A DNA stretch of 55,085 nt from an uncultured virus (IMG/VR IMGVR_UViG_3300027797_000014) (IMGVR_UViG_3300027797_000014), one strand, 5' to 3'; positions 1 to 10,189 are shown, counted from the stretch's first letter. The notes: generated by a model not told the origin, from the sequence alone. Translations and numbers: made by a program.

Positions 1-1
1 C

Positions 2-556
2 AGTTTGAACATCTTCAAACAAAGCCATTACGTCTTTGTTACTTTTAATGTTTTCAGCCTGATCTTTACATTTTGCTAGCGTATCTCCATCAATTGCATC
101 TTTACTGCTATTTTTTAGATATTCCCAGTAAGACTCATTATCTGCAGTTTGAATTTTTTCTAACCTTGCATCATCTAACTTAAGTGTTTGATATAAGTTC
201 TGGTCAATCAATACCTGTAATATTTCTTGTTGAAATGTAGGGTCTTGACTTAATAAACTTGAGTCACGGTTAGTTGTAGTATTATACAATGCAGTTAATA
301 CTTTGATATTACTATCTGCAGGAAGCTTACCAGGTAAGATGTTAAACTTATCATTAAGTTTATCCTCTTCAAATAGGAGACAATGAATCAATTTACCTTC
401 AACTAAGTGTTTGTCAGTTCTGATCTCACGGTCTTCTAAAATATAATCCTTATAAAATAAGGAAGGTGAAAACAATAGTTTATTCAGTGATGAATAACTA
501 AATTTAAAGTTTTCATTTGCATAAAACTTTTCTTCTTTTGTTAAATCTGTATACAT
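2..556 (-). CDS. Partial PD-(D/E)XK / RecE(ExoVIII)-like exonuclease (runs off window)
   Basis: Not in ORF track; ATG at 556 reads MYTDLTKEEKFYANENFKFSYSSLNKLLFSPSLFYKDY...GKLIHCLLFE, the SxSxL...G..hH..h pattern at the N-terminus of phage exonucleases; frame open to the window edge. Confidence 0.65.
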   Translation of the reverse strand, partial: MYTDLTKEEKFYANENFKFSYSSLNKLLFSPSLFYKDYILEDREIRTDKHLVEGKLIHCLLFEEDKLNDKFNILPGKLPADSNIKVLTALYNTTTNRDSSLLSQDPTFQQEILQVLIDQNLYQTLKLDDARLEKIQTADNESYWEYLKNSSKDAIDGDTLAKCKDQAENIKSNKDVMALFEDVQT

Positions 557-1707
557 TCTTTTTTTTCTATTATTGAGTTTTTATATTTGTCTACTAAGTA
601 AATAGATTCTAGATCTATTGAGAATACATTATTTTTACAACCAAAAGTATTTCTAATTACTGAATCATACATTTTTTTGATTGTTTTTTTTACAATAAAA
701 TCTGTCATTTTATTTTCAACTTCTAATAATGTAATATACTGATCATAAGCCCACTGACGGTTATTGTCTTTACTACCGGAAAACTTCTCAAGTCTTTTAC
801 GTAATGTTTTTACATTGATGTTATTCCAGTTGTTAGTGTCTTTGAACCAATCATAATACCAAAAGAATAAATAGCTGACAATATCAAAAGACTCTTCAAC
901 ATTGCAATTAGCTAGCATTTCTACGGCTAAAGTTCTGTTGTCTCTGTCTTCACTTGTAATCATTTTTAATACCTGATCAAATTGATCCTCACTTATTACA
1001 GCTAAATCTTCTGATATGATTTTATTGATTTCAACATCTCTTACAATTAATGCTGTTGCACTACGTAAATTATCATAAATAGCAACATTATCACCTTTAA
1101 TAATCATATCTTTATTACCTTGACGGTCATAAGTAGATAATTTACTAGTAATATCATCTCCTACGGGTGATTTATATGTATATTGTTTAACAATATTGAT
1201 TCTAATGTAAGAATCTTTTTCTATTACAGATAAAATATCCTTACATTTATCTAATCCAGACTCAGTTAACTGATCGTTTTGTTTTAAAGCAGTAAATACT
1301 TCAAACATTTGAGCATATGTAATTGAATTTCCCCAATCAAGTGTAAGTAAATTAGCAATTAATTTATCTGACACAATATGTATATCTGCACTATCAGCAT
1401 CTCTAATGATTTTTACATTAAATTTTGTTTTAAGCAGATCTACCTTTTGTCTTGGTAATTCTAAATTTGGATATCTATATATTTTTTTATCTTGTAGATC
1501 AATTGTTTTATTTAAACTGGTTATATTCAGTAGATCAAGTTCTTTATCATTGGGATACCAATTTTCTGATCTACCAAAATAATAACCATCTTCTTCTAAA
1601 TTAAAACATTGAACACCCAGTCTTTCTTTTCCGTTAGACCAGGTTGAATGCTCAGTTGAAACTGTTATTTGTAGTTTATAATGTTTTTTTTGATTTTTAT
1701 TTTGCAT
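541..1707 (-). CDS. Hypothetical protein with BRCT-like segment; paralog of 1697-2719
   Basis: 388 aa ORF; KKIYRYPNLELPRQKVDLLKTKFNVKIIRDADSADIHIV aligns with the neighbour. Confidence 0.8.
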   Translation of the reverse strand: MQNKNQKKHYKLQITVSTEHSTWSNGKERLGVQCFNLEEDGYYFGRSENWYPNDKELDLLNITSLNKTIDLQDKKIYRYPNLELPRQKVDLLKTKFNVKIIRDADSADIHIVSDKLIANLLTLDWGNSITYAQMFEVFTALKQNDQLTESGLDKCKDILSVIEKDSYIRINIVKQYTYKSPVGDDITSKLSTYDRQGNKDMIIKGDNVAIYDNLRSATALIVRDVEINKIISEDLAVISEDQFDQVLKMITSEDRDNRTLAVEMLANCNVEESFDIVSYLFFWYYDWFKDTNNWNNINVKTLRKRLEKFSGSKDNNRQWAYDQYITLLEVENKMTDFIVKKTIKKMYDSVIRNTFGCKNNVFSIDLESIYLVDKYKNSIIEKKECIQI

Positions 1708-2719
1708 ATTTTAAATATTCTGGTTTTACTTGTACTTTAAATACATACAAGTCTCTGTTACTAATGTGAATTTCTTTTCTAACAATTGGTTCTAAATATT
1801 TAAAACTTGTTGAATTAAGCTTTTCATTTACTTCTAACCAAAGAATCATATCATGTGCACTCTTTCTAGAGAATCTATTAAATTCAGATTGTTCTAACCA
1901 ATACTGGACATCTTTATCTCTTCTAAAGTGATACATATAACGTTCTGCTTTTTGTGCAAACTCCCATAGTAAATGATAGTTTTGTAAGTAATCAATTGTT
2001 GGAATAACTTTTGCAGCTATAGCTCTATCTTCATCACTGTAGGATTGTAAATACTTTTGTATATCTTCCAATAGTGTTTCATCTAAAACTTGTTTGTTAG
2101 CTGATTCATAAATTACTGTATCCACATTAATTGTTCCTATCAAACCTAATTCAATTTTATGAGCAAGATTTAAAGCCATGCCGGTAATCATCCATTCATC
2201 ATATAATGAATCACCAGTATTGCAATGATGAAATCTTACTTTGCTAGCTAAATTACCATCATAAATTACATCTTTAGGATAATTATCTACAATTAAGACT
2301 GCACCATTTGTTTCTTGAAGTGTATTATAGTTCCATAACTTGGCCATTAATACAGTTGACTTAATGTTTTCCCCACTTTCAAATCTTTCATAGATATCTT
2401 CATGGGTAATAATTAAATCAGCTAATTCATAATCATTTGTTACAGTTATACCATGTTCTTTTAAGGCAGATTTGATTCTATCTAATGAAACATAACACTT
2501 GGGTAATACAAAAGCTTTCTTTTTGGTTTTAAAAGTTGTACTATCTTCAGTACTAGTTGTCAATATATTTTGTATTTTTTTGAATGTTGTTTCATCTTGA
2601 GTAACTAATACTTCTTCAATCACATTGGATGATAGCACCCCATAATATGGGGCACTATCTAATCCAAAGTAATTTAAAGCACCAGTACCATATGATTGAT
2701 AAACTGATTTACTTGCCAT
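1697..2719 (-). CDS. Hypothetical protein with BRCT-like segment; paralog of 541-1707
   Basis: 340 aa ORF coupled to the AAA gene; KKAFVLPKCYVSLDRIKSALKEHGITVTNDYELADLII. Confidence 0.8.
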   Translation of the reverse strand: MASKSVYQSYGTGALNYFGLDSAPYYGVLSSNVIEEVLVTQDETTFKKIQNILTTSTEDSTTFKTKKKAFVLPKCYVSLDRIKSALKEHGITVTNDYELADLIITHEDIYERFESGENIKSTVLMAKLWNYNTLQETNGAVLIVDNYPKDVIYDGNLASKVRFHHCNTGDSLYDEWMITGMALNLAHKIELGLIGTINVDTVIYESANKQVLDETLLEDIQKYLQSYSDEDRAIAAKVIPTIDYLQNYHLLWEFAQKAERYMYHFRRDKDVQYWLEQSEFNRFSRKSAHDMILWLEVNEKLNSTSFKYLEPIVRKEIHISNRDLYVFKVQVKPEYLKYAK

Positions 2720-2720
2720 C

Positions 2721-3992
2721 TTATTTCATTGTCATTTTGATGATATCTGGATTCATCATCATTTTGTTAAACTTCTGTTTGTTACCATTAAAAATTGTAC
2801 GTACAATTAGATACTTAAGATCATTTGTAAAATAGTCTTTAGTACAAAGAGAGATCAATCTATCAGTCACTTTTTGATTTACAGTATTGTCTTTACTGTA
2901 AACAACTGAATAGTTAGCCAATCTTGTTGCTAATGTAGCAGCAATATCTGCGCGGTATGAATCATCTTTACCAATACAACTCCTTAACTCACCAAGAATA
3001 TATGATTCATTATCATGAGTCAACAAATCTTTAGGTGTTACCAGTTTATCAAGTTTGTTATTAATAAATGTAGTAAACATAGAAGCAAATGTATCTCCAA
3101 CAGAACCTTCACCAATCATTTGAATTAATGATAGGTTTGATTCAAAGTTATCAAAGCTAGATATAGCATTGAAAAACGTTGTAATAGATCTTGCATTTGT
3201 TTCTAAAGTAACTAACTCCGGGTGTAACAACAAAAAGTTGATACATCTTGAATCAATACCCGCTTCTTCTGCCCATTGGGCCCATACATTAACATCAAAC
3301 TTAAGGTTTGCTGTAACATATCTGGTCTTTTGTGCAGCATCTACTGAGTTTACCATATACTCACCATTGTCTGGGTTTGCTGTTAATATGATATGCCAAT
3401 CTTTTGGTAATGTCCAAGAGATATAGGTTTGTCTATCTATTAACTCCATAACTGCTTGAATAAATCTTGTGTCAGCTCTATTCCAGTCATCTAGTAATAA
3501 GATACCACCTTCTTTTTTATCAGCAATCCACTCTGGTGGGCAATAAGACATCCTGTTCTTACCTGTCATTTTATATCCTGTTTTAAGATATTCTTGAACT
3601 GCAAGTTCATCAACCCATAATCCAACTTTTTTAGTTACTCCTGTTTGGATGTTGGCAATGTCTGATGATGCAGCTGTTCTTTGTGCTGCAGTATAGGATA
3701 GGTCATCTATTTTTGGTTCTGAAACTCTTGTTTCTTTATACATTTGAAATTGACGTACTGGGAATCCAACTAAGTCACCCAACTCTTCTATCTGTGCAAG
3801 GTTAACCTTTACAAAGTTTAAGTTGTTTTCTTTAGCTAGCTCAACAATGGTAGATGTTTTACCAATTCCTGATTCTCCTAATACTTCAATTGATACAGAT
3901 TGTTTACCTTGTGCTTGTAAAAATCTGTTGTTTGTAATAATGTGATTTACAAATCCTTTTAATTCTGTAACGTTTAAGTTTACTTGTGCCAT
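2721..3992 (-). CDS. MoxR/dynein-related AAA+ ATPase
   Basis: Walker A GESGIGKT, ELGDLVGFP, Walker B ILLLDDWNRA, sensor-1 LTANP. Confidence 0.9.
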   Translation of the reverse strand: MAQVNLNVTELKGFVNHIITNNRFLQAQGKQSVSIEVLGESGIGKTSTIVELAKENNLNFVKVNLAQIEELGDLVGFPVRQFQMYKETRVSEPKIDDLSYTAAQRTAASSDIANIQTGVTKKVGLWVDELAVQEYLKTGYKMTGKNRMSYCPPEWIADKKEGGILLLDDWNRADTRFIQAVMELIDRQTYISWTLPKDWHIILTANPDNGEYMVNSVDAAQKTRYVTANLKFDVNVWAQWAEEAGIDSRCINFLLLHPELVTLETNARSITTFFNAISSFDNFESNLSLIQMIGEGSVGDTFASMFTTFINNKLDKLVTPKDLLTHDNESYILGELRSCIGKDDSYRADIAATLATRLANYSVVYSKDNTVNQKVTDRLISLCTKDYFTNDLKYLIVRTIFNGNKQKFNKMMMNPDIIKMTMK

Positions 3993-4014
3993 GTTTTTTT
4001 TCTATTAATTTAAT

Positions 4015-4401
4015 TTATAATTCTGCATCAAATGTGCAAGATCCTGTTTCTTTTATGCAATCTAATATTTTTCTCCCTAGTACATAATCATAGTATTCTG
4101 AAAGTTGATTATCTGTTAATTCAGGTAAACTGCCTTCTTGAATGTATGAATCAAAAGATAACGGAGCATCATCTTGTGTTTTATATAGATCAAAATATGT
4201 TTTTAATGCTGTTTTATGTTCACCAAAAGCATCTTCAATATTTTTTAATTCTTCTTGTAATTTTTCTAAATCATCTTCATTATAATAATACTCTATAAAA
4301 TTTGGTGTTTGACCTATTACACCAAATCTATCTGCAGCATTACTACTTTGAACACCAAAAGCAAATTTACCCTCTATATCTCCTGTATAATATCTTCCCA
4401 T
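4015..4401 (-). CDS. Hypothetical acidic phage protein
   Basis: 128 aa ORF between the vWA and AAA genes, MGRYYTGDIEGKFAFGVQSS. Confidence 0.75.
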   Translation of the reverse strand: MGRYYTGDIEGKFAFGVQSSNAADRFGVIGQTPNFIEYYYNEDDLEKLQEELKNIEDAFGEHKTALKTYFDLYKTQDDAPLSFDSYIQEGSLPELTDNQLSEYYDYVLGRKILDCIKETGSCTFDAEL

Positions 4402-4403
4402 AA

Positions 4404-5564
4404 TTAATTTAGTTTAATAACTTTACCTGGAAGTTCATCATTCATTGTGGAAATACTACTCAATACCCATAAGGCATTTTTTGGACAACCTGATGGAGCA
4501 TATGCTTCACCATCTGTTAGATATATTAGTGCTGTATAACACTTCTTTTCATTATAATGGTCAATTACAGGTTGGAAACTTGTTCCACCTCTACCATGTA
4601 TAGCCCAATCTTTTTTTGGATTAAACTCTTCTACAGAATTAAGTTTTGTATCACACTGAGCTACTGTAATCTTGTGGCCCGTTTTGTTCATGTGATATAA
4701 TTCATTGTAAAATTCTTTAAGCTCTGATGTATTTACAGATCCAGATGTGTCAATACCAACAAGAATATGATTTTTAAATTTAATCTTTAGTCCTGGGTTT
4801 TCAGCATATCTTTTATTGTATTTACGTCTCAGCTTTTTAGTATATACTACAGATGAATTTCCAACAAATCTTCTTAAGTAAGCTTTCCAATCAAATTTAG
4901 CTGGCTCAACATGAAATAACTTTGCAATTAATTCACTCAACTCACCCGGAACAGTTCCCTGTTTCTTTTGAGTTTGTTCAGCAGCTTCTTTCAACTGATG
5001 GTCTATTTGTTTTTGAACAAGTTTTTTATCAGCTTCAGATAATTCATCAAATTCTTTCCATGTACTATGGCAATACTCTGATTCACCATCCATTTGATCC
5101 ATTAATGAATCTAATGAAGGAGATGTTCCATCTTTTTTGGCCTGTTCTAATAAATCATAATAGACTTTTGTTCCTGCTTTGATAGGAAGATTTAATTCAG
5201 GAAAACTACTTAATAATAATCCACCGTCTGGTAGCATGTTTGAACTAATGTATTGATTGATCTCTAGATCTGCAGCTATATTAAATAACTTGTGATCAGA
5301 ATACAAATCTCTCAATAACAAATGCCCAAATGCTATATGCAACAATTCATGCTTAATCAATCCAACTCTATGTAATTCACTTAACTCAGTGAAAAAATTA
5401 GGGTTAATTGTTAACTGCATACCAATTCCGTGTTTGCTTACACCTGCTGTAGGTATACGGTCACTGAATTGTTTGTTAATACCAATTAAAAAAAGCCCAT
5501 AAAAGGGCTCATCTAAAATTAAAGTTTTGGTGGTTCTTGCAACACCATCTTGTATATTTATCAT
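4404..5564 (-). CDS. Metallopeptidase-vWA protein (DUF2201-like)
   Basis: HELLH zinc motif plus NIAADLEIN; C-terminal vWA MIDAS DTSGS, GRGGT, LTDG. Confidence 0.9.
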   Translation of the reverse strand: MINIQDGVARTTKTLILDEPFYGLFLIGINKQFSDRIPTAGVSKHGIGMQLTINPNFFTELSELHRVGLIKHELLHIAFGHLLLRDLYSDHKLFNIAADLEINQYISSNMLPDGGLLLSSFPELNLPIKAGTKVYYDLLEQAKKDGTSPSLDSLMDQMDGESEYCHSTWKEFDELSEADKKLVQKQIDHQLKEAAEQTQKKQGTVPGELSELIAKLFHVEPAKFDWKAYLRRFVGNSSVVYTKKLRRKYNKRYAENPGLKIKFKNHILVGIDTSGSVNTSELKEFYNELYHMNKTGHKITVAQCDTKLNSVEEFNPKKDWAIHGRGGTSFQPVIDHYNEKKCYTALIYLTDGEAYAPSGCPKNALWVLSSISTMNDELPGKVIKLN

Positions 5565-5863
5565 TTTTGTGGGTATAATATTTTTAATAATATTTTTTTG
5601 TAAATAACATAGTCTCCAACTTCTTTTACTGCTGAGTTAATGTTTTTACTTAGTAACTCTTCAGATATATAACTTTTACCAATAGCTTTAATAAAACGCA
5701 ATCTTTTATCAAACAACAGTGATTTAGTAAATAATAAATTTAAAATACCTCTGTCATCAAAATCTAAGTTTTTGTAATTTTCTAAAGCTAATTGAAAGTC
5801 TTCCTCTAGACCCATAAACATTTCACGTAATGAAAAGAACTCTTTAATTGTTATTCTTGCCAT
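5561..5863 (-). CDS. Hypothetical protein
   Basis: 100 aa ORF overlapping both neighbours. Confidence 0.7.
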   Translation of the reverse strand: MARITIKEFFSLREMFMGLEEDFQLALENYKNLDFDDRGILNLLFTKSLLFDKRLRFIKAIGKSYISEELLSKNINSAVKEVGDYVIYKKILLKILYPQK

Positions 5864-6227
5864 CTGGTAAAATTTCTATAATTACTCCAGGATTAACTTT
5901 GTCATATTTGTATTCTACAAATACAGGTAAGATACAATCAGCATTATCATCTTCAATCCAACCAAATGTAACCATATCATCTTGCACTGTCTGTGCGGGA
6001 TTAATATAATCAAACTTGTGTTTGCTTCCTCTGATAAATGTAAATTGGATACTTACGGGTTGTTGATGTTTGGCCAACTCAGCTTTAAACTCTTCTGCAT
6101 ACTGTGCATAATAATCTTTAGCTGTTTTTCTATAATTTACAACAGTTTTACTTGCTATAAAATACTTACCAGTCCATCTTCTACCATTTTTACTACTTGG
6201 GACTGAGCCCGGTATGAACCATTTCAT
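5844..6227 (-). CDS. RusA-like Holliday junction resolvase
   Basis: PSSKN, DYINPAQTVQDDM, GWIEDDN motifs. Confidence 0.75.
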   Translation of the reverse strand: MKWFIPGSVPSSKNGRRWTGKYFIASKTVVNYRKTAKDYYAQYAEEFKAELAKHQQPVSIQFTFIRGSKHKFDYINPAQTVQDDMVTFGWIEDDNADCILPVFVEYKYDKVNPGVIIEILPDGKNNN

Positions 6228-6231
6228 TTTT

Positions 6232-7206
6232 TTATTTGTTTAAAATTTCTTTAAGTAAAGGTTTTAGTGTTTGATGTACAATATCAAAACCATGTTCACG
6301 CATAGAATCACTGATATCTTTAGATAAAGGCAATGCAAAACCATCTAGATTATATAAGGTTTTATACTTATTAATTGCTAGACTGCCTGCAGTATCATTA
6401 TCAAAGAATGTAATCACTTTTTTATATTTCTTTTTTAGGTGCTCTACAACATGAGGTTTAATTATTGTATTCTCACTGTCTGGTGCTAATACTTCAATGT
6501 TATAACCAATACTTTTAAGACATAAGGCATCTTTTAATGATGAACAAATTACTAAATAAGGTTCAGTATAAGTTAATTGATCAAATCCTTGAAGATATGG
6601 TTTTACTTTATGAAATTTATGTTTACTTAATGGTTGATATATTTTATACAACTCATCATTTTTATCAAAATATCCATAAATAGAATGACCTTCAATCTTT
6701 AATTTTTTTACTTCACCTTCTTCTTCTTTTATTAAGTTGTAATACTCAATTGGTTTTACATTATATTCTTTTAATAGATTAGAACCTATTCTAAAGTTTA
6801 ACCAATATTTACCATCATTTTCTGTCCATTGTCTTGTATTAACAAAATCAATTTGCCATTTTGCCTGAACTTTAAAAGACACCTGTTCAAAATCATTTGT
6901 TTTAACATAACTATTATAATCCTCTACTATTTTTCTAACGGCATCTGCATATTGCAAATCAAACATAAGTTTAACTAAGTCAATTTTATTACCATTTTTA
7001 CCAGTTGAAAAGTCCTTAAATTTATATACGTTCATAGATTTATCTACATATACGCAAAAACTAGGAGTTTTATCATTAGGGTTAAAGATTGATTTAATCT
7101 TCACATCTTGACCTGTTAAGGGTTCTGATAAGTTTAAATAATATTGGAATACCCAATAGCTTGGAACGTCTGTTTCTTCTAATACTAAATTTTTTGTGTT
7201 AAACAT
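6232..7206 (-). CDS. DNA primase (TOPRIM)
   Basis: DKTPSF..Y/FKDFSTG N-terminal domain; TOPRIM VICSSLKDAL, FFDNDTAG, KDISD. Confidence 0.85.
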   Translation of the reverse strand: MFNTKNLVLEETDVPSYWVFQYYLNLSEPLTGQDVKIKSIFNPNDKTPSFCVYVDKSMNVYKFKDFSTGKNGNKIDLVKLMFDLQYADAVRKIVEDYNSYVKTNDFEQVSFKVQAKWQIDFVNTRQWTENDGKYWLNFRIGSNLLKEYNVKPIEYYNLIKEEEGEVKKLKIEGHSIYGYFDKNDELYKIYQPLSKHKFHKVKPYLQGFDQLTYTEPYLVICSSLKDALCLKSIGYNIEVLAPDSENTIIKPHVVEHLKKKYKKVITFFDNDTAGSLAINKYKTLYNLDGFALPLSKDISDSMREHGFDIVHQTLKPLLKEILNK

Positions 7207-7221
7207 ATTAAGAATGTAAAT

Positions 7222-7254
7222 AAAAATGGGACTGACCTGTTACAGTCAGCCCCA
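7222..7254 (-). terminator. Intrinsic terminator-like hairpin, loop UGUAACAG
   Basis: tgggactgac/gtcagcccca stem followed by a U-run on the minus strand. Confidence 0.65.
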
Positions 7255-7269
7255 CAGTTACGTTAGTTA

Positions 7270-7947
7270 TTATAAATCAAAATCATCACCAGAAGAAGTT
7301 GAACTAGGTTCAAATTTATCTGTTGCTGGAGAATTTTTCTTCTCTATTTTTCTAAGATGATTAGGATTATTGCTATCAAAAACCAATAATTTTGATTTTT
7401 CAACATTCAATGCTTCCACAGGTACACCTTCTTTACTAAGTTTAGGTAAATACAAATCATTGTTTACATAACCTTCAGTGTTTTCCCACTCACGTGCACC
7501 AAGACATACGTTTACATATGTTGGACCTGATAATAATTTATCACATTTCAACATCCAATCTTCAATTGTGCTAGCTTGAATAGCATCTAATCCAGCTCTT
7601 TTATCTAAAGCTTCTGCTAAAAATATCATTGCTTTCATAACTTCAGTATCTCTACTGATTTCTTTTCCACTTGGTAATGTAGTGTCTTTGTATGGATAAG
7701 GAGAATATCTAACTCTTCCCACCTGGCCTTCATAACGAGCACCATCTGGTTTGTTCATATCCTTCAAAAATCCTTGAAAATCACCCGTTATAGGTTCTGT
7801 TTCTACATGCAGCATAATGTTGTATGCATTTGCATCATAAGGAGTTTTATCAAAACTGATTGAATTGATTTTTACTTTGTGATTTCCTGTTCCAATTACT
7901 GGTTTTTCTTTGCCTGAAGAGGCTGACATGTCTTTAGTACTTAACAT
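7270..7947 (-). CDS. Putative ssDNA-binding protein
   Basis: Lies between the Sak4-like ATPase and primase; acidic tail ending SSGDDFDL. Confidence 0.55.
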   Translation of the reverse strand: MLSTKDMSASSGKEKPVIGTGNHKVKINSISFDKTPYDANAYNIMLHVETEPITGDFQGFLKDMNKPDGARYEGQVGRVRYSPYPYKDTTLPSGKEISRDTEVMKAMIFLAEALDKRAGLDAIQASTIEDWMLKCDKLLSGPTYVNVCLGAREWENTEGYVNNDLYLPKLSKEGVPVEALNVEKSKLLVFDSNNPNHLRKIEKKNSPATDKFEPSSTSSGDDFDL

Positions 7948-7982
7948 AATTGCTTTTTTTTTAATTAATTGATTTTTGTTTA

Positions 7983-8666
7983 TTATTCTTCATATTTTTT
8001 GATGCAATCTTTTACAAATTGCAGGTTGTTTGGGATGAAGTTTTCCTCAAACATTCCTTGGGGTGATTTACATGTGTTCTCTCCGTTGTTTTGTGTTTCA
8101 AAACCATAGATAAGTTCACCATCATCATTTTTGCTAACTTTGCCAAATAAAACAATAGAAAACAGGCCTTCCAAAGTTAATGCATTATCAATCATTTTAC
8201 CAATTGTTTTTGCCTTAATTTTTCTATTCCCGTTAATATCAGTTGCATCTTCTGAGTGAGTCAAAAAGAATACAGTTAGATCATCTCTCAAATCTTTAGG
8301 TAGTTTAGCTACTTGAGCTAAGTTTGCTGCAATCTGAGTAAATTTCTCATAACCTTTTTCATTTGCTCTATCAAAATATTCAAAAGAACTCATATACTGC
8401 CAATCATCTACAACTAGTGTTTTGATGTGTGGCATTTTTTCATTAACATGTAAGATAGCTTTAATTACTCCTGCTGCAGAAGATGATGATGCTAAATTAC
8501 CTTTTGGATTTTCTTTTGAAATTGATGCATACATTCCTTTCCATCCTTTAAATGGTAGTGGTTTGTTTGCAATGTTAATTACAAAAGTTTCATCAGGATT
8601 TAGATGTCTGATTGATGTTGATTTGCCTGTACCTGAGTCAGCAATGATTAATACACTTTGTGCCAT
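7983..8666 (-). CDS. Sak4-like / AAA_24 P-loop ATPase
   Basis: IIADSGTGKST, LVVDDWQY, FFLTH, KTIGKM, LEGLFSIVL. Confidence 0.85.
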   Translation of the reverse strand: MAQSVLIIADSGTGKSTSIRHLNPDETFVINIANKPLPFKGWKGMYASISKENPKGNLASSSSAAGVIKAILHVNEKMPHIKTLVVDDWQYMSSFEYFDRANEKGYEKFTQIAANLAQVAKLPKDLRDDLTVFFLTHSEDATDINGNRKIKAKTIGKMIDNALTLEGLFSIVLFGKVSKNDDGELIYGFETQNNGENTCKSPQGMFEENFIPNNLQFVKDCIKKYEE

Positions 8667-8668
8667 AT

Positions 8669-9214
8669 TTATTTTTTATTAAGAATACTATTTAATGTTA
8701 ATTGAATTGACTTAAGTGATTTATTGATTTCAACTAAGGCTTCAACTAAACCTGGTGCTTCTTTCTTATCTGGATCTGGTAGATCTGGATTAGCAAAGTC
8801 ATGGATTAATTTACCTCTACTTGTTACATCATTTAGAATCTTCAATTCATTAACTGGAATTATGTGTCTAACAAATCCAGTGCTTGATTCAACTAATTCA
8901 TACTCTTCTTTCCAATGAGGATTGTGTTTATGAAGGTACAAAGTTCTTTTTGGATCCTCTGTATCATAATTTATACTTACAAATTCAGTATAAATATCTT
9001 CATTCTTTTCAAATTCACTTGGAAAGAAACTAACATATAGTTCATCTTTTCCAGTTGGCCTGTATGCCATCTTAGGGATATATAATGCATTAATTATTCC
9101 ATTGGTTTGGAAGTAATCTTCATGCTCTTCTCTTAAAGCATTTACCTTGGTTTTACGTTCATCCGGTGTTATTGCCATTTCTTTTGTTTTGTTTAAGTTT
9201 TTAGTACTTATCAT
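8669..9214 (-). CDS. Hypothetical replication-module protein
   Basis: 181 aa ORF (start may be the internal Met at 9178). Confidence 0.75.
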   Translation of the reverse strand: MISTKNLNKTKEMAITPDERKTKVNALREEHEDYFQTNGIINALYIPKMAYRPTGKDELYVSFFPSEFEKNEDIYTEFVSINYDTEDPKRTLYLHKHNPHWKEEYELVESSTGFVRHIIPVNELKILNDVTSRGKLIHDFANPDLPDPDKKEAPGLVEALVEINKSLKSIQLTLNSILNKK

Positions 9215-9232
9215 TATTTTAAAATCTAACTG

Positions 9233-10189
9233 TTATCTTCTTTCTTGAACTGCCGGTGTAGGCATTTCTTCAATTTGCATTGATGCAAACTTAGCTTTGA
9301 AAAAACTCATTCTAGTATCACCATTCCTTGCTTTAAGAAAGTGTAGTACTATAGTTTTGTCATCTTCAATGATATATCTATCTGGGCCATAAAATCTAAT
9401 CTTTTGTTTTGCTGGTCTGTTGATACCAATTAAAGTATCAGCATGCTGTAGCATTGCATCTGAACCAAATATGTCTGACTCAAGAATGTAGTTACCATAC
9501 TTACCGTCTATTGCTCTTTCAGGATTATCAATATTCCTATTAAGTTGTGATAAAGCAATAAATAAACAAGGATAGTCACGTTTACATTGTGTAAAGAACT
9601 CACCCAATTCAAATAACATATCTAATGTATTGTTTTGGTAAGGTGCTCTTTTTACCAACATGGTGTGATCCAAAGTAATTATTGTTTTTGTTCCCTTGTG
9701 TTGATTCATGTACATATCAATTTGCTCACGCATTTGATTTACAGTCATAGGAGTACTAACAATATCTACAGGATGTTTCACTCTTTCTTTAGCATATTGA
9801 TGACAAGTATTAAGTGTTTCAGCAGTAATTAAACTTCCTGCACTACATAACTCTTTATAAGTTTTGCCGGTGACTGATGAAAATTCTCTAATTGCTGAGG
9901 TTCTACCAACCATCTCATACTGAAACTCTAATACTCTAAATGAATCATTAGGATTCAATGCAAAAGACTCTCTAACAATTTGATCTTTGATTAATGTTTT
10001 ACCTGAACCGGGTCTTCCACCAATAACCGTTAATGTATTCCACTCTAAACCATCAGTTGTAGCATCATTGAATTTTGGCCATGGTGTATATATAGACTTC
10101 TCCTCACCGGTTTGTCTCTTGTACATATATTTTAATGCTTCATTAAAGGCAGCATATTGACCTATCCATGATTCTGTTGGTTTACTCAT
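9233..10189 (-). CDS. dnaB: DnaB-type (SF4) replicative helicase
   Basis: GGRPGSGKT, FQYEM, LDH, LSQLNR, KARNG. Confidence 0.92.
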   Translation of the reverse strand: MSKPTESWIGQYAAFNEALKYMYKRQTGEEKSIYTPWPKFNDATTDGLEWNTLTVIGGRPGSGKTLIKDQIVRESFALNPNDSFRVLEFQYEMVGRTSAIREFSSVTGKTYKELCSAGSLITAETLNTCHQYAKERVKHPVDIVSTPMTVNQMREQIDMYMNQHKGTKTIITLDHTMLVKRAPYQNNTLDMLFELGEFFTQCKRDYPCLFIALSQLNRNIDNPERAIDGKYGNYILESDIFGSDAMLQHADTLIGINRPAKQKIRFYGPDRYIIEDDKTIVLHFLKARNGDTRMSFFKAKFASMQIEEMPTPAVQERR

